A stretch of 35,439 nucleotides of DNA from Octopus bimaculoides (GCF_001194135.2 NC_068989.1:61975599-62011037), one strand, 5' to 3'; shown: positions 9,345 through 22,409, numbered from the stretch's first letter. A program made the numbers and translations. The notes: generated by a model not told the origin, from the letters alone.

Positions 9345-9810
9345 TGTCTTTTACTAGATTACATCATTAGACTGCGGCCAAGGTGGTGTAGTCCCATGGA
9401 GGCTTTAGGCGATCAAATCGAATGGAATGCTTCCCTTTTTTTACCTCTGGTACTCATCCTAGTGGTGGAGGCGCAATGGCCCAGTGGTTAGGGCAGTGGA
9501 CTCATGGTTTCGATTCCCAGACCGTTTATTGAGCGAAAACACTTACAGCCCCACGAGGCTCCGGCAGGGGGTTATGGTGACACCCCATGTTGTACTCTTT
9601 CGCCCCAAATTTCTCTCACTCTTTCTTCCTGTTTCTTAAGTAACGCTGCGATGGACTGGCTTGCCATCCAGCTGGGGGGAACACTTACACCATAGAAACC
9701 GGGAAATTGAGCCCATTAGCCTGGGTAGGCTTTAAAAGGGCGCATAAATAAATAAAACTCATCCTAGTCATTTCATTAGCCACACCGCAATTGACGGGTG
9801 ACATAAAAAA
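9345..9810 (-). mobile_element. Old SINE family B copy split by a younger SINE
   Basis: 9345-9463 (cattagactgcggcc..ttaggcga..ggtactcatcctagt) and 9769-9810 (gccacaccgcaattgacgggtgacataaa) form a contiguous match to the reverse complement of the family B 3' block once the insert is removed. Confidence 0.55.
9464..9756 (+). mobile_element. tRNA-derived SINE family C with perfect 12-bp TSD
   Basis: A box TGGCCCAGTGG, B box GGTTTCGATTCCC and A-rich tail aaataaataaa. ACTCATCCTAGT is duplicated at 9452-9463 and 9757-9768. Confidence 0.9.
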
Positions 9811-10685
9811 ATTAAGGTTCGTTCTGAAGCTTTGGTGGGAGTGGGCTAAGCATTCAGGCAAGTACAGAACCACTCTCTCTCTCTCACACACACACACACA
9901 CGTACACACACACAGATACAGGCATACATACGGGAATGCGCACAGACAAGCAGTCAGACAAGACACACACATATATACACGCACACACATAATCTATTGG
10001 CTTTAGAAGCAGCTTTTGTAACGAATATCAATTAGCACATGCAAACCAATTTAAATGTGTTATTGTTCATAACGTCTACAATTGGGCTACACCTCCCATG
10101 AATTGATGTCATGTAGAGGACGAATGGTGAAATCTCAGTTGTCGCTCGATGATATTTATTCAGCACCGGCTGTTCGCACTGATGTATCATGCCATTTCAT
10201 CATATAACTGAACGTCAACAACAGTTTTAATACCTCGAATGTAGACCGAAATCATACGAAACGATTTAACTCAGCATCGGTTAAATAACCAATAGTCTGT
10301 CTATTAGTTAGCTACAAGCATTTCTATATGCGATGGTTTCTCGGGATTTTCCCGCAGTCCAAGGAATTATTTACAAAACATAAATGTTCGATGTGTACAG
10401 TAGTTTTTCTAGCGTGTAGTCAATTGATAGATTTTGAAGTCTTTGTAGAAGCGAGCTGAAGTGTTTTCGTATGTAATAGATTGGTCAGACGCTCTATAAC
10501 TGGTTCTACTTGCGATTTATACGTAGGTGAACTTTTCTGCAAAAATCCTAGATATTCAATTAGTAATTCAATGAAAAGGTAAATCGACTAAGATTAAACA
10601 TGTATATTCGCATATTAGAAACTAATAATATATGTAATTATGTATGCGTATGTATATATATATACGTGTGTGTGCATGTTTGTGT

Positions 10686-10885
10686 GTCTGTGTTTGCCCC
10701 CACTCCGATCGCTTGACAAACGATTTTGGTGTGTTTATGTGCCCGTAACTTGGCGGTTCGGCACAGGTGGAAAATACGATAGGTACTAGGTTTACAACGA
10801 ATAAGTCCTGAGGAAGATTTGTTCGACTAAAGGCGGTGCTCCAGCATGGCCGCAGTCAGATGACAGAAACAAATAAAAGAATAAA
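10686..10885 (+). mobile_element. SINE family B, 3' half
   Basis: cgcttgac..ggtgtgtttatgt..gcggttcggca..gaataagtcc..ttcgactaaaggcggtgctccagcatggccgcagtc..gaaacaaataaaaga, preceded by an (AT)/(GT) tract. Confidence 0.85.
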
Positions 10886-11381
10886 TGGATGTACACTTTA
10901 TGTTCCTATGTATTCATCTTTGTAGTGGTTTAGTAGGCCCTTCTCTTTAAGTATAAGTGAACGTGTATCTCTCTCGAATATACATGCATACATACATACA
11001 CACACACGCCCCCCCACATATATATATATTAAAACCGTCTACGATACCGACTGAGTACTCTAAACCATTAAGCTGTATCAACACATTCATTGAACATTTT
11101 TGTACAATACAAGAGAAAAGCGCTAGGGAATTCTGATACAATAACACCACAGTCTACACGATCTAATGTGACATTCTGTGTAAAATATTGCATGCCTTCA
11201 CCCGTATGCTGTTTGTCAAATCGAAGTAGATCTAATAATAAACAGTGACCGGAGTTTTTGACACACGCAAACAAACGGTATAGTGCATAATTTGATGTTT
11301 GTACTTTTAAACATCGCTTTAATTTGGCCTCACCAAAATATACAGCAAGGCCAAGAAATATTTCTTCTATATAGATAACGC

Positions 11382-11595
11382 CTTAGGGCGAGCTGGCAGA
11401 ATCGTTAGCATGCCGGGCAAAATCCTGAGTGGTAGTTCATCTGCCGTTATGTTCTGAGTTCCAATTCTACCCAGGTCGACTTTACCTTTCATCCATTCGG
11501 GGTCAGTTACGTACTGGGCTCTATATAATCGACTTAATCACTTTGTCTTTGTCTGTCCCCTCTATGTTTAGCCTCCTGTGAGCAAAAAATAAATA
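11382..11595 (+). mobile_element. Full-length SINE family A with perfect 14-bp TSD and a distinct 3' tail
   Basis: Head ggcgagctggcagaatcgttagc. TATATAGATAACGC occurs at 11368-11381 and 11596-11609. Confidence 0.9.
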
Positions 11596-13261
11596 TATAT
11601 AGATAACGCTTCCTTTTCAAGTCACATTTTCAGAAAACTTTATAAGTAATTGCCCTGAGTTGGTTTCTAATTCATTAATAATAAGCTAAATGTTTCATAA
11701 GGAAGTTGTTAGAAAAGTAGATGAAAAGTTAGGAAGAATATTTAAAATGTTAATGAACCAAAAAGAAAAAAAAAACCCTTTCCTTTTGCCTTTCCATTTG
11801 TTTGAATCTGTAATATTTCAAGATATACAAGAAACAAATTATCAAAGCGTTCTGAGAAATTGGGTGTTGTAGACAAGCTATTATGGTAGGTGTGAGCGTG
11901 TGTTTGAGTATGTATGTATGTATGTGTGAGCGCGCGATCGTACAATGTGTAATAATTGCCTCGTAAATAAATCAGTTTTTATCTGGTGAAACATGCAGTC
12001 TATGTAAGAGAGCCGAGAGATTCAATATTGTTGACAGATGTTATGATATGGACGAAATACATAATTTTCTCTCCATAGGAGAGGTTACATAACAAATGTG
12101 TGACGAACAGAAGGATTTAGTATCAATCGATTGATTTCATGATTTTTTCCTGCGTGTCGCAGCTGCAAAGTGGAGAATATTTCTGAAAGATACCAAATAT
12201 AATGCTGTGTGTGATGTGAATAAAACAGGCGTCGATTGCATAATTATTAGATACAAAAGTAAAGAATTTAAGAAATATAAGTTTATTTCAATGCTAGAAT
12301 AACTATACACAGTAAATCCACATATATTTGCATCAACAACAGCTTGCATGCTCAATAAAATAAAACATATATAAGAGTCGCAAATATTCGCGGACGAATA
12401 CTTGCATTTCCGCATTAATTCACTTCTTATCGGGTACTTTAAACGTTTCTTTACGGGAAATTGCGTAGTATAACTAAGAATTCGTTTTAAACGCTAATGA
12501 AGTGCATCCTGGGTGAAAATAAATAAATTAAGTACACTCGCACTCATAATTGATTTGCATGGGTCAACTTGACATTAATCGTTTTTAAAACTCCACAACT
12601 TTTAAACAGAATTTTTCAATATTTATGAAAAAAGACAAAAAAATAAAATCGTTTTCAAGGACATAGAATTAAAAAGAAAACAATAAAATATGGTACTGGA
12701 TCTGTAAATGCTTATTTCATTCTGGTTACTAATTAGTTAATGATATGCATTCAATATTTTTCAACAACCAGGCCGTGCACAATTAATTATTACTAGCTGT
12801 ACACCCTATATAATTACCGAACATTTAATTAGCTTGCAGTGAGATGCTGTATTCTACACTGCTTGTAGAAATTAGTGAGAAACAACACAAATATCTTCAC
12901 TGGACATCTTGGGAGTCTGTTCCCACCGAAAGTGATTTCTTTATAACTATGAATTACCGCATCACCTCTCTTTAAAAAAGCTCAGCAATGTGTTTCGTAT
13001 CATATATATCTATTGGATAACTATCCTGTATATGTTCATATCATTAAAAACCTGAAAATATCCCGCTAGATAATAGTGAATACTATGATGTAAAAAAAAT
13101 ATTCAACAGTTAAATGTTGAGACGTATCTGAGTATACGCCAACAGCATTTAAGTGATTGCCAGATTGGGTCCAGCGTTTGCGCTTCTGTTTTGAGTATTA
13201 GGATATGCCTCAATTACCTTTGGCGACGACACTTCATTTCACCCTTTATGGAATAAGTGAT

Positions 13262-13476
13262 ATTGATTTAAATTTTTGTACAAGGTCAGACATTTCGGGT
13301 GAGGTCGCAAGTCGATTACAGCAGCCTCAGTGCTCAGCTAGTACTTATTATATCAAGCTATAAAGAATGAAAGGCAAAGACGACACCGGAAGAATTTGAT
13401 CTCATGTTGTAAAGAAAGACGAAGTATTGCTAAGTTTTTACCCAGCGTGCTAAGAATTCTGCCATCTTGTCTCCTT
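13262..13476 (-). mobile_element. Decayed full-length SINE family A
   Basis: gtcgattaca..gtacttatt..gaatgaaaggcaaagacgac..gtaaagaaagacgaa..gcgtgctaagaattctgcca parallels the 6147-6362 copy. Confidence 0.7.
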
Positions 13477-15169
13477 ATGAAGTAGAATAATATGAAAATT
13501 TTGAGAATTGTGAAAACTTTGCTAATATGTATTAATGCAAATATATATGTTACGTTAACTTTGATATATATATATATATATATCTGTTATGGTACCTCTA
13601 ATAAATACTTCTATTTAACTGTTGCGTCGACAAAGTTGAATTAATTGTTGCTACAGTGGACTGAATTGATTGAAACAAACATATTTCTGTTAAGTTGATA
13701 GACATCGGTGAGTTATGAGCTCAAACCGATATCAGAATAATTATCATGTTTGTGTGTAACTTTGAAATATCCGATTTCCCAACATTTGATCAGAGTTAAT
13801 TCGCTAATAATTTGACATTTGTTTGACACAAGAAGTGTTAGGGTCTTTCATCTAATTCATCTAAGCAACGAAACATTCCCTCAGCATTTGCACAATCGGG
13901 TGAGTTAATGTGATAACGTGTCTTCAGTGTGGAGTCTCAAGAGTAATCAGCAACAGTAGTAAATTACACTACGGTTGCCCCTTTAAATGGACTAGGGATA
14001 CACGCTCATAGAGAGCTTATAATACATTTTTCATTTTTCTCAGAGGAGAATTTTACCGAGGGTGTATGACTAAATATACATGGTTATAACAATCAACAAG
14101 AGTCTAGCAATCTAGCAATGAATGGAAGAACTGTAATTCAAGCATGCGTGCACATGAAAATATATTTGAGCAAAAAGTGAAATCGTGTATGTATATGTAT
14201 GAAAATATGTGTTTTCGTATATCCTCGAATGAAAGTGTAAATAGTGTGTACATGTGTGTCGATATGCTGATGGTTTGAATGTTTTTTTTATAACTATGGC
14301 ATTATGATAGATGAACGGAGGGGACTGAGCTCATCATGTACGTGCGTATATACGCTTCTTGCAAATGTGTGTGTATCTGTAAAATCGGGAATACATAAAG
14401 TAGTCATGTGTAATTGTGTATAAGAAAAGAGTATATAAATGCTGCATAGTAAAGCCCGCGATAATTGGAGATGGGCGCGGTGACATTGAAGATCTCAGTA
14501 ATAAACGTATATATATTGCTGAATTTGTGCATATATTAAAATGTATTATAATTTAGCTAGTCAGTGTATTTCAAAAGTGTAATTGGATCAGATTAAACGC
14601 GTTTCGATCTCTATATCTTTTCGATTACCTCTTGAATTGAAACCCCGCCAAAGTAAATCTAAAATATCCTAAATATCAAAATTAATCTGTTGATTTTAAA
14701 CGTTCAGGTGTAGAGGTGGATTTCTATGAACATACATTAAACTACGAAGTTATTTTCCATATTGTCTCTGAAAGTCTGAAAAATTGTCCTTATCTAACAA
14801 GTAACATTAGTACTCGGAACATATTTAACATTTAGAATTAAATTCAAGTGTTTCTCTTTTAAAGATCAGTCTGGAGGAGAGGGAAGTCTCATTTTGGTAT
14901 TTTGACTTATTTAATATTTCGACCAATTTAAGCTGATGAAGTAGACATATGATTCAATGGATGACACCTGTAGTTCCATGTCACTTGGAAGTTAATATAA
15001 CATATTTTGTCAACATTTATGTGCAATAAACGCAAAATATTTTATTTTTTTATACTTGATAATTTTTAATTATGAAAATACAGTAAGATCCTTTTTTTAT
15101 ATACACCTGATGGCTATGGATCTTCATTAGAGTTAAATGGGGCTCAAAGTGCTCCGTAGGCAAACGAGA

Positions 15170-15300
15170 AGTTGAGGCCCACATTGCCTTTCACCCTTTC
15201 GCGGTCGACAAAATAAGTACCAGTTGAGCACTTGGGTCCATATAATCGACTTACACTTCCTCCGAAATTGCTGGCCTTGCGCCAAACTTTGAAACCATTA
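15170..15300 (+). mobile_element. 5'-truncated SINE family A
   Basis: ttgcctttcaccctttcgcggtcgacaaaataagtaccagttgagcac..aatcgactta..aaattgctggccttgcgccaaactttgaaacc. Confidence 0.75.
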
Positions 15301-15310
15301 TCAAAATACT

Positions 15311-15470
15311 TTTCTTTACATCCGGCGCTAAAATTCCGCTGTGGCCGACTTTGCCTCTCAAACTTTCGGGTCGATGAAATAGGTACCTTTTGAACACTGA
15401 GGTTGATGTAATCGATTTATCCCCTGCTCAGAAATTGTCGGCATTGTGCCAACATTTCAAACGAATATTA
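15311..15470 (+). mobile_element. Second 5'-truncated SINE family A, in tandem with the previous copy
   Basis: aaattccgctgtggccgactttgcc..gggtcgatgaaataggtacc..gatgtaatcgattta..aaattgtcggcattgtgccaacatttcaaac. Confidence 0.7.
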
Positions 15471-16510
15471 AACTGCTCTGGTAATAATTCTCTTGTGTAT
15501 CTTTGACTATAATTTACTATTACGCTTTCTATAAAATTTCAGGAAAAAAATTTCGATTCAAGGACAAAAACATTATAATGATATAATCGCTCAGATATAA
15601 GTGCCATATTCTGTCCTATTTTCTTTTTAGATTTTAAAAACGTTGTGGTTTTATTTCATATTTACACTGGTTGTTATCAGAAATGATATGCAAAGCAAAA
15701 TCATTTTTATGAGTGTGCATATCTCGGAAACTGGTGCGTGTTTAATAAACAATCAACGGGTCCATTTAGTAATTTCGTATTTTATCAATACACCACGTAG
15801 TTTCCTACGCGATGCCAAGAGTTAAGGGACATTAGATTTCCAGAACAAGCGAGACATCTTGCGATGAGTTGAGTAACAATGGTTGGTGTTGTGTATGGGT
15901 GGCTAGGTACCGATATTCGTATACAAATATATCCCTACATATTTCTACTTTCATGCGTAAACTGGCGAATATAATTCCATTTGTTCAGGCATTTTCAAAT
16001 TCAATTAAACGATCATGTTCTAGTATAACATAAATATAACGAACCAGTAAAGTAGAAAAATATTTATTGATTCGATTTTTAAAATATTATATATAAAAAT
16101 CAATTTATTCGTTCATATTCTGTAGGACTTATTTTGGCATAAATATTGTAGTTTCTTATTAGGTGGTCTTAAATTGTTTGATCGTATTTCTTCGTTCATT
16201 TGGCCAGTGTCATTATGTTCGAGAACCCAGCAATTAGTTGAGATATTTGTAAGCTGGTAATATAGCCTTAAAAGAATGCATTCTTATGAATGAAACGCGG
16301 TGTGTAGAATAAGAAATAATCATTCCAAAAAGGCTTTGTAATGAATAATGACATCCAGCATAAGTTGAACTTATACAGTTCACTTTGCTTTACATATAAT
16401 ATGTAGTAAAATATAGACGACGTATATGTTCTTGTTAGAGATATTCGACAGGTTTATATTAACAATATCGATTTAACCAAAGTTGCCGCGTTGAGTAGGT
16501 ATCGTCCAAC

Positions 16511-16560
16511 GGAATACACGGGGACACACGGGGACACACGGGGACACACGGGGACACACG
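16511..16560 (+). repeat. 10-bp minisatellite (GGGACACACG)x4 plus one variant unit
   Basis: Four exact units at 16521-16560, preceded by ggaatacacg. Confidence 0.95.
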
Positions 16561-17039
16561 CGCATATATATATATATATATATATACCTATGCACACACA
16601 CGTAAAACACAGAGAGACACATATAAGTGTGTTTGCGGTGTGTGTCTGTGTGTGTTGATGGGTATGTGCGTGTGAGTGTGTATGCGCGAGTGTGTGTATG
16701 TGAATGGTACTTCTCTACTAACATGTTTCTGCTGTTCCTTACGAAAGAGAAAATGGTAATATAGACATTAAGTTTATTTAGGTGATTATAAATAACTTTA
16801 TTAATATAAAATTGGTTTTCCGAAGAGAGAATAATAAGTGCACGCGAAGTTATTTTCTGACAATCTAATGCAGGCCCAGTCAGAACATTCTAGTGCTACT
16901 TACACACGTACTGAGAAACACAGACACATGCATGCATACATACATACATACATACATACATATTTACATACATACATATAGAACACATACGTATACTTAT
17001 ACTTCTCACCCTCTGTCTCTCTGTATATATATATATATA

Positions 17040-17264
17040 NNNNNNNNNNNNNNNNNNNNNNNNNNNNNNNNNNNNNNNNNNNNNNNNNNNNNNNNNNNNN
17101 NNNNNNNNNNNNNNNNNNNNNNNNNNNNNNNNNNNNNNNNNNNNNNNNNNNNNNNNNNNNNNNNNNNNNNNNNNNNNNNNNNNNNNNNNNNNNNNNNNNN
17201 NNNNNNNNNNNNNNNNNNNNNNNNNNNNNNNNNNNNNNNNNNNNNNNNNNNNNNNNNNNNNNNN
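17040..17264. other. Assembly gap within an (AT)n tract
   Basis: Run of N. Confidence 0.99.
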
Positions 17265-17742
17265 TATATATATATATACATATATATATAAATACATATA
17301 TAGGTTTATAGATAAATACCTTTAGATTGATATATATATATATATAGATAGATAGAAAAAGATAGATAGACACATAGGTAGATACATACATATATGCATG
17401 CATACATATATATATACGTGTGTGTGTGTGAAAATAAACGCAAACATGGATACATGTGTTATTAAGTGAATGTAGTTTTTTGCTGTTTGCAAGTTTTAGG
17501 TATGCTATTAAATATATGTATATTTCGTGCATGCATAAAACTATTAAAGGTCTTAGTTATGGGTAATTGAAATTCAAATGTATCGTGATAGTGGAACTAT
17601 ATCTTGCACAACCTGTAGCGGTCCAAGAATTTAAAAACCACACGTTTATTTTAGAAGCTAATCGAACAAAATATTGTTCTGTATGATGTGGTATTCTATG
17701 TTCAAATGTTATATTTTATGAACGAGAATTTTTGGAAAATTA

Positions 17743-19701
17743 CACTGGTCAACAACCAAAATGCTTCTGAGACCAGAGCAGTAATGTCCAACTAATTTTA
17801 GGTCGCTGATAATGAATATCATTGTTAAAACTGTTTGCTAGCTCTGCTTTTTAAGATACACGTACGCGTCACAATAGATTGCAACAGGCTTGCAACAGTG
17901 TGTTTCTTACCACACTCACAGTCCCACTGCCCTTCAGTATTGTTCGAGCAGTCATAGGAAGTGGTTGTGCTGTGCAAGTTTATATATTGAGGTGAAAGGT
18001 AAGTGATTTTCCTAGTCAAATACTTTTTAAACTTATAATAAATATTCATTGAGCAAGCTATTGATATGCATGTGAGCCATTTTATATTAATTCTATTTTT
18101 CTTTCTGAATGGTATAAATACTTCGGATAAGCTGTCATGCTCTGTATTACAATGATGAATTTATGAATTAATTTTCTGTTTATCTCCTAATTGTTTGTTG
18201 ATTTTTTTTGCTTTGAGATGTCTCGCACATGTGTGAATAATGAGAAGGTCTGCCTGTTCCTGATGTCTCAACTTCGGTATCCTTCGAGCCAGATGAAGAA
18301 AGTGGTGAGAAAGAAGCAGAGAAGGATGACAGCGCTGCATTAAAGAGTGGCCCAAATTTTGAGAAAGCACTCTCCTCTAGAGCACATCTCATAGCACAAG
18401 GTGAACGCCACGACTTTGTTAGGGATCTACAACTATCTAAGAATGAGCTTCAACTGTGGAGTCTCCTTGTAGCTGAAGTGAAGATTTCAAAATTTCATGA
18501 CCCTCACCAACAGTTCAGCAATTTCTTCATACTGGAACGGAATTTATTGGCATGCAAGATTATTAATGGTATGGCGAAAGCACCTTGTATTGAATACGAA
18601 TCCAGAAACTGGAAAGTGTTTATAGATTCATCAAAACCCAGTTTGAAAGGCGGCTTGTTGCATAATGACAATTCGTCCTGTCTACTATGCATCACGTATG
18701 AAAGAAACTTATGAGAATATAAAGCATGTGTTGAAATACATAAAATGTGATGAACATCAGTGGCAGCTCTGTGGTGACTTAAAGGTTGTTGCTCTTGTTA
18801 TGGGCTTACTGAACCCATACACTAAATACTGCTGCTTTCTCTATGAATAAGACAGCTGAGCAAGAGAGACTGGCCACCTCGTCAATCATTGGAGCCTGGT
18901 ATTCATCTTCTACGTGGCGTTCAACACCCACCTCTCCCTGGACCAAACAATTTTTTTTCCATCATTTCTGCACATGAAACTAGGGCTCATGATATACTTT
19001 GTAAAACCTATGCACAAATTCAGTGAGGGATTCAAGTATTTAATATCAAACTTACCCTAATTTAGCGGCGCTAATGTAAAAGAGGTGGTCTTCATTGGTC
19101 TTCTTATTTGAGATCTTCTGTAAGATGGTGACTTTGAATCAGTCATTTATGGGGTGGAGAAAGTTGCTTGGGAAGAATTCAATTTAGTGGAGAGGGGATT
19201 GCTCGGAAATAGAAGGGAGGGAATCGATGAAGAATTGCTGGAAAATCTCATCAGGCTTTACAAGATGTATGTAACATGCCACTTAAAATCCAGTTTTTGA
19301 ACTCACATTTAGACTTTCTTTCCAGCAAAGTGGGAGGAAGTTAGTGGCAAACATGGTTAAAGGTTTCAAAAAGATATTTCAACCATGCAAGAGTAGTACC
19401 AGGGCAAATACCGCGCATCAATGCTTGCAGAGTATTACAGGACATTGGTAAGAGATAATTTTTCAGCTCCATATAAGTCTCAAGCAAACCAGCAGTGAAT
19501 AGATACGGACTAGAGCTTAAAACATAATGACACATATTGTACGTTATAATAAAATAAACAAATATTACCTGACACGTATCTTTAAGCCTATAGCTAATAA
19601 ACATTTTTCGAGGTGATATTTGCATTCAAACATGGAAATACGTAAGCATTAACTAATTTCATTTAAGAAGCACACAACTTTTTTAACATTATTGGCCAGT
19701 G
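17743..19701 (+). mobile_element. Chapaev3-type (CMC superfamily) DNA transposon, decayed and internally deleted
   Basis: Termini CACTGGTCAACAA (17743) and TTATTGGCCAGTG (ending 19701) are 13-bp inverted repeats with 2 mismatches. Flanks are atta| and |attt. An internal transposase relic is present. Confidence 0.8.
18218..19498 (+). pseudogene. Disrupted Chapaev3-type DDE transposase
   Basis: Across frameshifts and stops it reads MSRTCVNN / LPVP..HLIAQGERHDFVRDLQLSK..WKVFIDSSKPSLKGGLLHN / MKETYEN..WQLCGDLKVVALVMGL..YTKYCCFLYE / WPPRQSLEPG..LHMKLGLM..F / CNMPLKIQFLNSHLDF / HG*RFQKDISTMQE*YQGK..MLAEY..LVRD. These are the conserved blocks of this family as I recall them. Confidence 0.85.
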
Positions 19702-22234
19702 ATTTTGGAAGGCCAAAATAGTTTGCAGACAGACGTAAAAACAAATAAATAAAATTGCAGTGTGTCATGCTCATCTAATCTATTAACCAATGCATTTTTA
19801 TAGGTTCGGATATTACTAAAGCAATACAAGAATGAACGCTTTTAGTAAATTAAAACCATAGTTGGCGATGTTTATTTTATGCATGAATCCCTTAGGTATA
19901 CAATGGACTGTTATCACTTCGTTAACAACTTAAATTTTATTAAATCACTAATTTCAACACAGTGGAGATACATTTTGAATATATTCCAATTTCAGTATTA
20001 TATGCCACAGTATGAGCTTTATCTTTCCCTTAGATTCATTGTTTGGCTTCAAAGTTATTTCCAATCTGTTTCTGCTTTATATAACGTCAGATGTATATAT
20101 ATGAGAGAAATATCATTCCAAGTTGGCTTATGGTTACAATTTCAAATCATTTATGTATGAATCATCGCAACTTTTACGCTTCTGAATGACCTGTTATTTT
20201 ATCATTTGATTAATATGTTACAATATCAATTTAGCTATGTAATCATTATATAAATGTAAGAATGAACATATTATTTGAAGTAAGGGATATATGTGCACAC
20301 CAGTATTTGGTTTTTAACTGAAAGAGATACATCGGTAACTTGTATAAAAAAGTGAGGCAGTGGGTACATATCAGTAGTACATATGAAACTTGTTAACATT
20401 TTCTGTAATGTTGTCTAAATAGTTCAAGGTTATGCTGACATATTTATTTAATATTTACGAATGTGCTTTTGTTCTCGGCAAACTTCAGAAATATTTTCTT
20501 GTCTTGTTGGACGATACGAAATGTTGATATATATTTATATAAAATTCCATATATGAGAATTGTATAGTCCTCTCCACTGAAAAGCCGCCATCAAGTCATA
20601 TGCTTGTGAAAAATATATTATACTCTATTCCCAAATACTTGTAAAGTTGTCAAGCAAGTGGTGGGGTGGACGCCATTAACAGGCGAGGGAAATTTCGTCA
20701 TGTTGTCTGCTTGCCTTCGCTTTTATAAATTCTGTTATTGACCATCTTGTTAAATACTTATGTATATTATAATATTGCAATAAAATCCACAAAGGTGCGG
20801 TAGGCAAAGCCAGAAAGAGGAATAAGATATGATTCGTTGGAAAAAATTACAGTTGATCTGTTAATGTTTTAAAATATACAATACTTTGATCGATATCATA
20901 TAGACTCATGAATTTAGAGTTTGCATGTGCATTTGGAGAAAATGCATTAATAAAATGAAATTCCGAATGGAATCAATCAACGGAACACATAAAATATTCA
21001 TTTACTTTAAAGTGTTTATTGCTTCGAAATATTTATTTTGTACATTGAGAACATAGTTGAATATTCTTATACAAAATTTAAATTCCAGTTCGTTAACATA
21101 CGGTATATTCAGACTTTTGATGTATATAGCTTTCTAAAGACAGGGAAATAAGTAATATGCAAACACATACAAATACACATCTAAATATAAATACACAAAT
21201 ATATATACGTAACTGATTATTAATTTATACGCATGCATGGATTTTGTTTTTCCAGCGTGTGAAAATATATATAGTATGCATTATAGTGTGCAACAATTTG
21301 TTCATATGCAGCTGTTGCTCAACTTCAGGTATGGAAGCAACTAAAGAACATTATTCCACGATATACGCAAACTTAATTAAAATGTATACTACGCTTTTAC
21401 CAAATGAATTGTTTCGGAAACACAAATTAAATAACGACGAGCACTATGATTCTAGCTTTAATTTAGATAAAACAGAATAGATATAAACACGGGAATATAT
21501 CACCTGATACCAAAATACACAGTGAAATTTTCAAAACACATAGCAAAAAATATCATGACCTAACAGAAACAGATAATTATATATATTACACAAATAAAAC
21601 GAGCAAAATTCTAGCTTAACACAAGGCTCGTGAATGCAAATTGTTTCTATATAGAAATTGGAAAAAGTTGTTTCGGAATATAGTTATAAAAGTAATGAGA
21701 GAAACAGTTTAGTGAATGGACGATAAGCAACGAACATAGTTATAGATCGAAGATTTATGTCAAAGTAAAAAACAAAGGTATGTATTTCTATTAAGTCTAC
21801 ACGAACAATACTAGGGAAATGTATTAATGAGAACATGTCATGTGGAGGATTATTTCTTTGAACTGCTTACATATGAAGTACAGAGCAGTTAATTTGTTGC
21901 AATGTATTTTGATACCATAACCGAGTGTTTGGTAACCACTTCTTTAACTTATTTATATGTACTTGATCGAAATGGTTGCGAAATTTAGCTATATACCGAG
22001 AAGGTTAAAGTATGAAATATGGTAAACCTTGAAAGAATATCATGGCAGTGATCTAGTTAATCTAGTTAACGCTTATTGCAATTAGCAAGAGGAACAGAAT
22101 GTATTGTTCCGGTATGATCACGAAAAGTACGAAGGAGGTTTCAGTCTTACTCTTATAGAAAATGGAGTAGGAGCTGTCTAAAAGGATCAGAAAAAGAATA
22201 AAACAACTACAAAGAGGTATGGCCGTGCCCATCA

Positions 22235-22338
22235 CAAGGCTGCCCCGCACATGCGTATTTTCGGGTTCATCGGCCCTGAGTGGCAGCATAGGCATGCCTT
22301 CTACTATAGTCCCAGATTTACTGTGTTAACACCCGTCG

Positions 22339-22407
<69 letters not shown>
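22235..22407 (+). mobile_element. Decayed SINE family B head plus internal (AT)(GT) microsatellite
   Basis: ttttcgggttcatcggccctgagtggcagcataggcatgccttctactatag..cccgtcgtatatata..gtgtgt parallels 8045-8160 and 24520-24660. Confidence 0.5.

Positions 22408-22409
<2 letters not shown>

Noticed and set aside
11068-12350. Protein-looking short frames at 11068-11274 (-) and about 12133-12300 (+)
   Set aside because: No recognisable motif and no convincing splice-site pair.
16195-16209. TTGGCCAGTG matching the Chapaev right terminus
   Set aside because: Only 10 bp, with no partner TIR or transposase sequence found.
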